A stretch of 64,000 nt of DNA, taken from Synergistaceae bacterium (GTDB lineage Bacteria; Synergistota; Synergistia; Synergistales; Synergistaceae). Made by a program: the position numbers and the translations under genes. How positions within the stretch are numbered: the first letter of the stretch is position 1; each line of letters starts with the position of its first letter. Positions 26,093 through 34,493 of this stretch are shown piece after piece. The notes beneath the pieces are model-generated. The model saw nothing but the letters and a program-made list of their open reading frames with translations. It was not told the DNA's origin and did no database searches. Where the stretch lies: contig JAISYM010000085.1 in NCBI GenBank assembly GCA_031269875.1, positions 1,963 through 65,962 on the forward strand, in the 5' to 3' direction.

Positions 26093-26629
26093 TCAATCTA
26101 CGGACATGGTGTTTTTCAGCCTTTCCCTCAGTTTGCTCACCCTTTGCGACACGGCCTGACGCGAGATGCCGAACATGCGGGCGATTTCGGCGTGGGTGTT
26201 GTTCTCTGCCAGCAGTTCCGCCAAGCGGCGATTTTCTCCGTCGAGCGGGCGTTCTACGGCGTCGGCCAGTTCCAGGCGCTCGAAATCCTCCTCGACTCCG
26301 ATGTCGGCTATATCCTCGGCTCTCAGCAAAGCCTCGCCGTCCTCGTCATCGGGATCGCACTGCGACAACTGAACCGTGCCCTCGGGGTGGTAGAGCTTGA
26401 ACGCCGCGTCGCGGACCATTCCGCGGAGCGAGTTGGATATCGTGCGGTTCAAGTTCTGCCGGGAGGCTTTTTTGACCAGTTTCAGCAGGGCAAGGTAACC
26501 TTCCTGCCGCAGGTCCGCTTCCTCCGCTCCCGCGCGCCGCGAATATTTCCAGGCGTAATAGCCGATCTTTCCGGCGTTCTCATCAATGATGCGCTCCACT
26601 CTCTTCTTGGTGATCCTCATAATTTCCAC
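26093..26629 (-). CDS. Small sigma-70-family RNA polymerase sigma factor
   Basis: Region 2-like DLRQEGYLALLKLVKK and region 4 HTH NTHAEIARMFGISRQAVSQRVSKLRERL. 178 aa. Confidence 0.75.
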   Translation of the reverse strand: MEIMRITKKRVERIIDENAGKIGYYAWKYSRRAGAEEADLRQEGYLALLKLVKKASRQNLNRTISNSLRGMVRDAAFKLYHPEGTVQLSQCDPDDEDGEALLRAEDIADIGVEEDFERLELADAVERPLDGENRRLAELLAENNTHAEIARMFGISRQAVSQRVSKLRERLKNTMSVD

Positions 26630-26649
26630 TTCCTTTCAGTTTGTATTAT

Positions 26650-26991
26650 TCAGTTTTTATATCCTAAATGTAAGTATTTCTTAAAGCCTCCGCAAATTAC
26701 CTGAGAAAAACCTACGCTTTTTGCCATTGCGAAAAGGCGCTTTTGCGCTTCGGGAGCCGCCAGTATATCGGCGGCGCATCCCTCGACGTGCAGGCTGCGC
26801 GGCGCTCCGCCCACTCGCCTGTTATGGGCGGGACAGCGATAACCGCTCGTCACTACCAGCGGGATTTCCGCCTCTTCCCGCAGTTCCTCCAGCATTTGCA
26901 GCAGCCGTGGCGACAATTTCACAAGACCGCAGCAGCGGCACTGGAACTCCCTCAGTTTGAAGTGCGGTGAAATTCTGATGTCGTTTATCAT
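26650..26991 (-). CDS. Peptidase M15A-type (YcbK/DUF882-like) zinc D-Ala-D-Ala carboxypeptidase-family hydrolase
   Basis: Motifs SPHFKLREFQC, SGYRCPAHNRRVGG and SLHVEGCAADI, in 113 aa. Confidence 0.8.
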   Translation of the reverse strand: MINDIRISPHFKLREFQCRCCGLVKLSPRLLQMLEELREEAEIPLVVTSGYRCPAHNRRVGGAPRSLHVEGCAADILAAPEAQKRLFAMAKSVGFSQVICGGFKKYLHLGYKN

Positions 26992-27161
26992 CGGGCGCCC
27001 TCCCCGCTAGAGCGCGCCATCCCCAATATGGCGCTCTCGAGACGCGCTATAGCGCTCGTCAGTTCGTCGAGCCTGCGCTCCATCCTGATCAAAAGAAAGC
27101 CCGCCACCGCGATAGAAAAAGCGCCTTCAGCGAAATTTATCAGCGTCTCGTCCATTTTCAT
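26988..27161 (-). CDS. YvrJ-like small membrane protein (57 aa, below the track cutoff)
   Basis: My translation of the mirror copy 35336..35509 is MKMDETLINFAEGAFSIAVAGFLLIRMERRLDELTSAIARLESAILGMARSSGEGAR. AAAGGAAG lies 4 nt upstream. Its stop overlaps the M15 start (ATGA). One TM helix followed by an amphipathic helix, as in the YvrJ family. Confidence 0.5.
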   Translation of the reverse strand: MKMDETLINFAEGAFSIAVAGFLLIRMERRLDELTSAIARLESAILGMARSSGEGAR

Positions 27162-27185
27162 CGACTTCCTTTCATGAACCGCCGC

Positions 27186-27211
27186 AAAAAAGGCGGGCTG
27201 TCACGCCCGCC
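27186..27211 (-). terminator. Internal intrinsic terminator between the DUF2922-like and YvrJ-like genes
   Basis: On the minus strand: ggcgggc-gtgaca-gcccgcc followed by TTTTTT. Confidence 0.6.
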
Positions 27212-27229
27212 CCATGCCGATTTTCCTGC

Positions 27230-27442
27230 CTAGAACAGCGTTTTCACGCTGCGGCTCGTTATCGCGGCCCCGAGTTTTTCGTTGGGTTCGTAGTTGAAAG
27301 CGTCGCTCGCGATGATGACGTCCATGGCATCTTTCGCCTCCGTCGCCGTGATATCGTCCCTCACGCTCTGGAGTGATACGGTCTTTTTCTTGTCGTCAGC
27401 CGCGCCAAATTTCATCGCCAGTGTCAGAGTTTCAGTCGCCAT
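27230..27442 (-). CDS. DUF2922-like small protein
   Basis: 70 aa, MATETLTLAMKFG...KKTVSLQSVRDDITATEAKDAMDVIIASDAF. The layout matches the DUF2922 proteins I recall from Firmicutes. A GGAGG sits upstream. Confidence 0.55.
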   Translation of the reverse strand: MATETLTLAMKFGAADDKKKTVSLQSVRDDITATEAKDAMDVIIASDAFNYEPNEKLGAAITSRSVKTLF

Positions 27443-27461
27443 TTCGTCGCGCCTCCTTGGG

Positions 27462-27680
27462 TTAAATGACCAGCAGCTCGCTGCGCTGCAGGGATACCTT
27501 CTCCACGTCCATGGAGAACAAGCCGTCCATAGCCGCCGCTACGGCCGCCAGACTGTCCGCGTCGGCCTCGCCCTTGATGCCGCTCATAGACACATTTTTG
27601 TAAATGGTCTTTTCACCCTCCGTCTCGCCGGTGTTCAGTTTGAACGTCATCCTTCCCGGCTGCACCAATATCGTCGCCAT
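27462..27680 (-). CDS. DUF1659-like small protein
   Basis: 72 aa, ...RMTFKLNTGETEGEKTIYKNVSMSGIKGEADADSLAAVAAAMDGL. The layout matches DUF1659. An AAGGAGG sits upstream. Confidence 0.55.
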   Translation of the reverse strand: MATILVQPGRMTFKLNTGETEGEKTIYKNVSMSGIKGEADADSLAAVAAAMDGLFSMDVEKVSLQRSELLVI

Positions 27681-28003
27681 TTCACATTCCTCCTTCAGAG
27701 TCTTCGGGCGGCGGGCCCTTTCCGCCCTATATAGGATAGATTGGGCAGCATCCCCGCAACTGGCTACCGGCCCCGAAAAATCGAAGATTTTTTAAGCGCG
27801 CGGCGCATTGGAAAATTTTGTATCCATCGGGCGGCGGTTTCAAAAAGCGTGTCCCATTGGAATTTTAGGGGTACGCATTGCGTGTCCGTGCGCTCCTTCA
27901 TACCAATATTCATAACTTGCGCCCCGAGTTTTCGATGATATTCTCAAAACACGGTATTTGTGTTTTAATGGTTCCACGAGCGAATAGGATGAGGTGATCT
28001 TGC

Positions 28004-29002
28004 TTGTGTCGACTGGTGAGCGTCGTGGTGCCCGCGTACAATGTTGGCGGCAGAATTGAATATTCGCTTCGTTCGCTGCTTGAACAGGATTACGATCCGA
28101 TCGAGATAATAGTGGTCGACGACGGTTCCTCCGACGGCACGGCCGAAAACGCCGACAGGGTGCTCAGTGCGGGCGGACGCCCGTATAGGATACTGAGAAA
28201 CGCGCAAAACCGCGGCGTCTCCGCGTCGCGAAACGCCGGACTGCGCGACGCGAAGGGTGAGTATGTCCTCTTTATGGACGCCGACGACAAATCGGACGCC
28301 AACTTTATATCCACGCTGCGCCGCATGATCGTTAAAAACGACTCCGACGCCGCGCTCTGCGGTTTCAGGAATTATTTCGAGGATACCGGCCGGGAAGTGC
28401 TCATACCGATAAAGTTGGATCCATCCAGGACTTACGCGGGGGAAGAATTGGCGGCGAGGCGAATCCTGACGCACTTCGGGGCAGTGTGGACCACGCTTTT
28501 CAAGATATCCTTCCTGCGCGAGGCTCGCCTTGAGTTCCCCGAGGAATGTCGGTACGGGGAGGATGTCGAATTTACGGTAAAGGCATTTTCCCGGTGCCGT
28601 CAGGTCGCGGTCTCGCCGGCATGTCCCTATGTTTACGTGCATCACGGCGAAAACGCGTCGGCTTCGCTGCTTTCCTCGCGAGAAAAACGCCTCCGGCGAT
28701 ATTCCGATATCACCGCATCGACGCTCCGAATCGCGAATTACTTCAAAGAACATTCCGCGTCGCCCAAATTGCTGGATATCGCCGACAACTTTCTTGAATC
28801 GCAGTATTTAATGAGAGTTCTGACATTGGCGGCGAAAGAGGGCGACATTGAAAAATTCAACCGCGCGCTCGCCTCTTTGGACGCGCGCCGCCTGCTGGTC
28901 GCCACGGGCAAGTACGCCGCGCGGAAGCCCGAGCTGCTGCTGAAGGCCATGTGCATACTCATTTCTCCCAGGTTGTTCTACAGAGTCAGATCGCGGTCAT
29001 GA
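28004..29002 (+). CDS. Family 2 glycosyltransferase
   Basis: TTG start 7 nt after GAGGTG. Motifs VSVVVPAYN, VVDDGSSDGT and FMDADD (DxD). Confidence 0.88.
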   Translation: MCRLVSVVVPAYNVGGRIEYSLRSLLEQDYDPIEIIVVDDGSSDGTAENADRVLSAGGRPYRILRNAQNRGVSASRNAGLRDAKGEYVLFMDADDKSDANFISTLRRMIVKNDSDAALCGFRNYFEDTGREVLIPIKLDPSRTYAGEELAARRILTHFGAVWTTLFKISFLREARLEFPEECRYGEDVEFTVKAFSRCRQVAVSPACPYVYVHHGENASASLLSSREKRLRRYSDITASTLRIANYFKEHSASPKLLDIADNFLESQYLMRVLTLAAKEGDIEKFNRALASLDARRLLVATGKYAARKPELLLKAMCILISPRLFYRVRSRS

Positions 29003-30051
29003 ATATCATCCATATACTTCCGGAGCTGGAGGATGGCGGTGTGGAGCGCCTTGTGCCGGTGTACGCCAACGAACAGGCTCTTTTGGGGCACAATATCTCC
29101 GTCATCTCGGCCGGGGGCAAATTAGAGTCGCTCTTGTCGCCGGAGGTGCGGCATATCAGGATGCCGGTGCACAGAAAAAACCCGGCGATCGGACTGTTGT
29201 GCGCGTTTCGGCTGGCCCGGATAATCGCGCGCGGCGACGTATCCGTGATCCACGCACATTCCCGGGTTCCGGCGTGGATATGTTGCGTCGCCAAACGCCT
29301 CGCGCCGCGCGTGAAATTCTTCTTCACCGCGCACAGCGACTACGCCAAATACAAACTCGGCATGTGGCCGGTAAAACATGCCGACGGCGTGACCTGCGTC
29401 TCGCAATATGCGCTCAATTCACTTTTAAATTGGCTGCCCGCAAATGTGCCGACAAATGTAATCTACAACCCGGTGATCAAAAAACTCCTGCCCTGGAGGG
29501 GCGGCAGCGGCACGGCAAAACGCCTGCTCTACGCGGGACGCCTGAGCCCAAAAAAATTTCCGCTTGCCGTTCTCGAAGCCCTCGCCCGCCACAGGGAACA
29601 CGCGTGGGTGCTTGATATTTTCGGCGACGGCCCCTTCAGGCAATCCGTAGAGGACAGAGCGCGGGAACTGGGCATCGGTGACAGGGTGATATTGCATGGT
29701 TTCAGTGATAACATACCCGAGATTCTGGCGGATTGCGACCTCCTGCTGCACTCATCCATGGCCGAAGGATTCGGCCTGACGCTGCTGGAGGCACTGTTAT
29801 CGGGAGTTCCCGTTATCGCCTCCGACCTGCCCGCGACGAGGGAACTCACCGGCTCCGACGGAACGGGCCTCCTGCCCCCCGGAGACGCGGAAGCGTGGAG
29901 CGAGGCGTTTGGCGCGTTTTTCGACGGTAAATACGTTCACTCACTGAAACTGGCTGTGAAACTGCCAACACCGGACGAGGCGGCCAAGGCAATGATACGG
30001 TTTTACGGAGAAACCGTCCGGGATGCCGTGCCTCTTGTCAGGACGACATAA
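28999..30051 (+). CDS. GT-B (family 4 / Glycos_transf_1) glycosyltransferase
   Basis: The ATG at 28999 overlaps the GT2 stop (ATGA). E-x7-E motif is EGFGLTLLEALLSGVPVIASD. The track start at 28951 is rejected. Confidence 0.85.
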   Translation: MNIIHILPELEDGGVERLVPVYANEQALLGHNISVISAGGKLESLLSPEVRHIRMPVHRKNPAIGLLCAFRLARIIARGDVSVIHAHSRVPAWICCVAKRLAPRVKFFFTAHSDYAKYKLGMWPVKHADGVTCVSQYALNSLLNWLPANVPTNVIYNPVIKKLLPWRGGSGTAKRLLYAGRLSPKKFPLAVLEALARHREHAWVLDIFGDGPFRQSVEDRARELGIGDRVILHGFSDNIPEILADCDLLLHSSMAEGFGLTLLEALLSGVPVIASDLPATRELTGSDGTGLLPPGDAEAWSEAFGAFFDGKYVHSLKLAVKLPTPDEAAKAMIRFYGETVRDAVPLVRTT

Positions 30052-30151
30052 TTTTGAAAACACGCCCCAACATGAAAATTTTCGGATTGAATGCGATGTG
30101 ATATGAAGAAGTGTCTCTTAACTTTTACTCTCACCGCGGCGGCTTGGCAGT

Positions 30152-30829
30152 TCATACGTATCTTTTCGCGCGCAGTATCAAGCGCGCCAATGGGCGCAAC
30201 AAGAGCTGAAGCCAGCCGGGAGACTTGCCGGCAAAGGCGAAACGCACAGCCGCCCTCTTGATTCCGTAAGTCAAGCAAATACTCATACGATGATGGCCGT
30301 CATTCAGGTTATCCTGGGTTCCCATTTGTCTAAGGAGCATTATTTCCAGGCGATAAACGTCGTTCCAGCCATCCTTCAAGATAGAGGAAGCCAATTTGTC
30401 GTAGCGCTCCAAGCCGCCCTCGCGCGGGTCGTTCCAAACACGCGTAAACGAATACGCCGTTTCGCGTGTGCGCCTGCCGCGCTCAATGCCAAGATCTCGC
30501 AATACGGAGGGGTCTGTGTGATATATTCCGGTGCCGTGCGATACATAATAATTTCGCCAAGCTCTGATGAATAAGGGAAAAGGGTTCCACCACGGAATAC
30601 GTGGAACAAAAGCTACTCTGACTGGAATAAATTCGTCTCCGTTCTCGATCGCCCGCAGTATCCTGAGCCGGCCGGAAAGGAGAGAATCGGGAACGCCGCG
30701 CGATTCGTCGCCGCAAAGAAGCGTAACGTAATCTTCTTTTTCATCTTCATCCGCGGACGAACCTCCAGGCAGGTTTATCAAATCGTTAGGGTCAATAGGA
30801 TATACCTCCGATGACATTCCGATACGCAT
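30152..30829 (-). CDS. Hypothetical protein with C-terminal ParB/Srx-like (DGHHR) motif
   Basis: 225 aa. LNDGHHRMSICLTYGIKRAAV resembles the ParB N-terminal nuclease-like domain core. No clear RBS, so the start is uncertain. Confidence 0.5.
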   Translation of the reverse strand: MRIGMSSEVYPIDPNDLINLPGGSSADEDEKEDYVTLLCGDESRGVPDSLLSGRLRILRAIENGDEFIPVRVAFVPRIPWWNPFPLFIRAWRNYYVSHGTGIYHTDPSVLRDLGIERGRRTRETAYSFTRVWNDPREGGLERYDKLASSILKDGWNDVYRLEIMLLRQMGTQDNLNDGHHRMSICLTYGIKRAAVRFAFAGKSPGWLQLLLRPLARLILRAKRYV

Positions 30830-30971
30830 TGAAATTACGATTCCACGATCATATACATAAAAAATGTCCCGCCACTCCGGAAAGGTTTCCCGGCGCCATT
30901 TGCGTCTCTATTACGTTTGTATCTCGATTGCGTTTTCATCGGATATAACAAGCCCACCCCATGTATGAAAA

Positions 30972-31248
30972 TTTGTAACTATTCAGTCGTGTATTCCTGC
31001 CATAAAATTGTCCCAACACCTGTTATATAAGCAGGTGTTTAGGAAGTAGATGTTAAGTGGCATGATAGCTTGAGGTGTATGGATGAAGAAATTTGACTGT
31101 TGTAAAAACGTACAATGAATTTTTATTACAAGTGTGGACAGTTAGTGGAAAGTAAGATGTATTAGCAAGACACCTGCTTATATAACAGGTGTTCTGGGCA
31201 ATCTTGGGTTAAATCCTTATACCTTTACTAAGACTGAATAGTTACAAA
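30972..31248. mobile_element. AT-rich ~277-bp non-coding element with 17-bp perfect TIRs and subterminal hairpins (MITE-like)
   Basis: TIRs are tttgtaactattcagtc (30972..30988) and gactgaatagttacaaa (31232..31248). The 23-nt hairpin motif acacctg-N9-caggtgt occurs at 31016..31038 and, inverted, at 31170..31192. No ORF of 60 aa or more lies inside. Confidence 0.6.
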
Positions 31249-31525
31249 TTTGTAACTATTCAGTCTTAGTAAAGGTATAAGGATTTAACCCAAGATTGCC
31301 CAGAACACCTGTTATATAAGCAGGTGTCTTGCTAATACATCTTACTTTCCACTAACTGTCCACACTTGTAATAAAAATTCATTGTACGTTTTTACAACAG
31401 TCAAATTTCTTCATCCATACACCTCAAGCTATCATGCCACTTAACATCTACTTCCTAAACACCTGCTTATATAACAGGTGTTGGGACAATTTTATGGCAG
31501 GAATACACGACTGAATAGTTACAAA
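31249..31525. mobile_element. Mirror copy of the TIR element, abutting the first copy tip to tip at the axis
   Basis: Exact reverse complement of 30972..31248. Hairpin motifs are at 31305..31327 and 31459..31481. Confidence 0.6.
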
Positions 31526-31667
31526 TTTTCATACATGGGGTGGGCTTGTTATATCCGATGAAAACGCAATCGAGATACAAACGTAATAGAGACGCAAATG
31601 GCGCCGGGAAACCTTTCCGGAGTGGCGGGACATTTTTTATGTATATGATCGTGGAATCGTAATTTCA

Positions 31668-32345
31668 ATGCGTATCGGAATGTCATCGGAGGTATATCCT
31701 ATTGACCCTAACGATTTGATAAACCTGCCTGGAGGTTCGTCCGCGGATGAAGATGAAAAAGAAGATTACGTTACGCTTCTTTGCGGCGACGAATCGCGCG
31801 GCGTTCCCGATTCTCTCCTTTCCGGCCGGCTCAGGATACTGCGGGCGATCGAGAACGGAGACGAATTTATTCCAGTCAGAGTAGCTTTTGTTCCACGTAT
31901 TCCGTGGTGGAACCCTTTTCCCTTATTCATCAGAGCTTGGCGAAATTATTATGTATCGCACGGCACCGGAATATATCACACAGACCCCTCCGTATTGCGA
32001 GATCTTGGCATTGAGCGCGGCAGGCGCACACGCGAAACGGCGTATTCGTTTACGCGTGTTTGGAACGACCCGCGCGAGGGCGGCTTGGAGCGCTACGACA
32101 AATTGGCTTCCTCTATCTTGAAGGATGGCTGGAACGACGTTTATCGCCTGGAAATAATGCTCCTTAGACAAATGGGAACCCAGGATAACCTGAATGACGG
32201 CCATCATCGTATGAGTATTTGCTTGACTTACGGAATCAAGAGGGCGGCTGTGCGTTTCGCCTTTGCCGGCAAGTCTCCCGGCTGGCTTCAGCTCTTGTTG
32301 CGCCCATTGGCGCGCTTGATACTGCGCGCGAAAAGATACGTATGA
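31668..32345 (+). CDS. Hypothetical protein with ParB/Srx-like (DGHHR) motif (mirror copy)
   Basis: Mirror of 30152..30829, with an identical 225-aa translation in the track. Confidence 0.5.
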   Translation: MRIGMSSEVYPIDPNDLINLPGGSSADEDEKEDYVTLLCGDESRGVPDSLLSGRLRILRAIENGDEFIPVRVAFVPRIPWWNPFPLFIRAWRNYYVSHGTGIYHTDPSVLRDLGIERGRRTRETAYSFTRVWNDPREGGLERYDKLASSILKDGWNDVYRLEIMLLRQMGTQDNLNDGHHRMSICLTYGIKRAAVRFAFAGKSPGWLQLLLRPLARLILRAKRYV

Positions 32346-32445
32346 ACTGCCAAGCCGCCGCGGTGAGAGTAAAAGTTAAGAGACACTTCTTCATATCACA
32401 TCGCATTCAATCCGAAAATTTTCATGTTGGGGCGTGTTTTCAAAA

Positions 32446-33498
32446 TTATGTCGTCCTGACAAGAGGCACGGCATCCCGGACGGTTTCTCCGTAAAACCGT
32501 ATCATTGCCTTGGCCGCCTCGTCCGGTGTTGGCAGTTTCACAGCCAGTTTCAGTGAGTGAACGTATTTACCGTCGAAAAACGCGCCAAACGCCTCGCTCC
32601 ACGCTTCCGCGTCTCCGGGGGGCAGGAGGCCCGTTCCGTCGGAGCCGGTGAGTTCCCTCGTCGCGGGCAGGTCGGAGGCGATAACGGGAACTCCCGATAA
32701 CAGTGCCTCCAGCAGCGTCAGGCCGAATCCTTCGGCCATGGATGAGTGCAGCAGGAGGTCGCAATCCGCCAGAATCTCGGGTATGTTATCACTGAAACCA
32801 TGCAATATCACCCTGTCACCGATGCCCAGTTCCCGCGCTCTGTCCTCTACGGATTGCCTGAAGGGGCCGTCGCCGAAAATATCAAGCACCCACGCGTGTT
32901 CCCTGTGGCGGGCGAGGGCTTCGAGAACGGCAAGCGGAAATTTTTTTGGGCTCAGGCGTCCCGCGTAGAGCAGGCGTTTTGCCGTGCCGCTGCCGCCCCT
33001 CCAGGGCAGGAGTTTTTTGATCACCGGGTTGTAGATTACATTTGTCGGCACATTTGCGGGCAGCCAATTTAAAAGTGAATTGAGCGCATATTGCGAGACG
33101 CAGGTCACGCCGTCGGCATGTTTTACCGGCCACATGCCGAGTTTGTATTTGGCGTAGTCGCTGTGCGCGGTGAAGAAGAATTTCACGCGCGGCGCGAGGC
33201 GTTTGGCGACGCAACATATCCACGCCGGAACCCGGGAATGTGCGTGGATCACGGATACGTCGCCGCGCGCGATTATCCGGGCCAGCCGAAACGCGCACAA
33301 CAGTCCGATCGCCGGGTTTTTTCTGTGCACCGGCATCCTGATATGCCGCACCTCCGGCGACAAGAGCGACTCTAATTTGCCCCCGGCCGAGATGACGGAG
33401 ATATTGTGCCCCAAAAGAGCCTGTTCGTTGGCGTACACCGGCACAAGGCGCTCCACACCGCCATCCTCCAGCTCCGGAAGTATATGGATGATATTCAT
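32446..33498 (-). CDS. GT-B (family 4) glycosyltransferase (mirror copy)
   Basis: Mirror of 28999..30051, with an identical translation. Confidence 0.85.
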   Translation of the reverse strand: MNIIHILPELEDGGVERLVPVYANEQALLGHNISVISAGGKLESLLSPEVRHIRMPVHRKNPAIGLLCAFRLARIIARGDVSVIHAHSRVPAWICCVAKRLAPRVKFFFTAHSDYAKYKLGMWPVKHADGVTCVSQYALNSLLNWLPANVPTNVIYNPVIKKLLPWRGGSGTAKRLLYAGRLSPKKFPLAVLEALARHREHAWVLDIFGDGPFRQSVEDRARELGIGDRVILHGFSDNIPEILADCDLLLHSSMAEGFGLTLLEALLSGVPVIASDLPATRELTGSDGTGLLPPGDAEAWSEAFGAFFDGKYVHSLKLAVKLPTPDEAAKAMIRFYGETVRDAVPLVRTT

Positions 33499-34493
33499 GA
33501 CCGCGATCTGACTCTGTAGAACAACCTGGGAGAAATGAGTATGCACATGGCCTTCAGCAGCAGCTCGGGCTTCCGCGCGGCGTACTTGCCCGTGGCGACC
33601 AGCAGGCGGCGCGCGTCCAAAGAGGCGAGCGCGCGGTTGAATTTTTCAATGTCGCCCTCTTTCGCCGCCAATGTCAGAACTCTCATTAAATACTGCGATT
33701 CAAGAAAGTTGTCGGCGATATCCAGCAATTTGGGCGACGCGGAATGTTCTTTGAAGTAATTCGCGATTCGGAGCGTCGATGCGGTGATATCGGAATATCG
33801 CCGGAGGCGTTTTTCTCGCGAGGAAAGCAGCGAAGCCGACGCGTTTTCGCCGTGATGCACGTAAACATAGGGACATGCCGGCGAGACCGCGACCTGACGG
33901 CACCGGGAAAATGCCTTTACCGTAAATTCGACATCCTCCCCGTACCGACATTCCTCGGGGAACTCAAGGCGAGCCTCGCGCAGGAAGGATATCTTGAAAA
34001 GCGTGGTCCACACTGCCCCGAAGTGCGTCAGGATTCGCCTCGCCGCCAATTCTTCCCCCGCGTAAGTCCTGGATGGATCCAACTTTATCGGTATGAGCAC
34101 TTCCCGGCCGGTATCCTCGAAATAATTCCTGAAACCGCAGAGCGCGGCGTCGGAGTCGTTTTTAACGATCATGCGGCGCAGCGTGGATATAAAGTTGGCG
34201 TCCGATTTGTCGTCGGCGTCCATAAAGAGGACATACTCACCCTTCGCGTCGCGCAGTCCGGCGTTTCGCGACGCGGAGACGCCGCGGTTTTGCGCGTTTC
34301 TCAGTATCCTATACGGGCGTCCGCCCGCACTGAGCACCCTGTCGGCGTTTTCGGCCGTGCCGTCGGAGGAACCGTCGTCGACCACTATTATCTCGATCGG
34401 ATCGTAATCCTGTTCAAGCAGCGAACGAAGCGAATATTCAATTCTGCCGCCAACATTGTACGCGGGCACCACGACGCTCACCAGTCGACACAA
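33495..34493 (-). CDS. Family 2 glycosyltransferase (mirror copy)
   Basis: Mirror of 28004..29002, with an identical 332-aa translation. Confidence 0.88.
   Translation of the reverse strand: MCRLVSVVVPAYNVGGRIEYSLRSLLEQDYDPIEIIVVDDGSSDGTAENADRVLSAGGRPYRILRNAQNRGVSASRNAGLRDAKGEYVLFMDADDKSDANFISTLRRMIVKNDSDAALCGFRNYFEDTGREVLIPIKLDPSRTYAGEELAARRILTHFGAVWTTLFKISFLREARLEFPEECRYGEDVEFTVKAFSRCRQVAVSPACPYVYVHHGENASASLLSSREKRLRRYSDITASTLRIANYFKEHSASPKLLDIADNFLESQYLMRVLTLAAKEGDIEKFNRALASLDARRLLVATGKYAARKPELLLKAMCILISPRLFYRVRSRS

Larger units (their letters stand above)
1..31248. repeat. Left arm of a spacer-less perfect inverted duplication; exact reverse complement of 31249..62496
   Basis: Every track ORF in this arm has an identical-translation partner on the opposite strand at 62497-x. 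Hand-checked non-coding stretches (1..60, 25861..25920, 30841..30900) and the axis match base for base. Confidence 0.97.

Noticed and set aside
30003-30278. A 91-aa minus-strand ORF bridging the GT4 3' end and the ParB-like gene 3' end.
   Set aside because: It overlaps two better-supported convergent genes, has no RBS, and its composition looks non-coding.
31200-31300. The axis interpreted as a hairpin telomere or telomere-resolvase (tel) site of a linear replicon.
   Set aside because: The arms carry ordinary housekeeping genes (pur operon, mgsA), and no protelomerase or telomere-resolvase-like gene is present in the window. This cannot be fully excluded without reads, so it is kept only as an alternative under the main finding.
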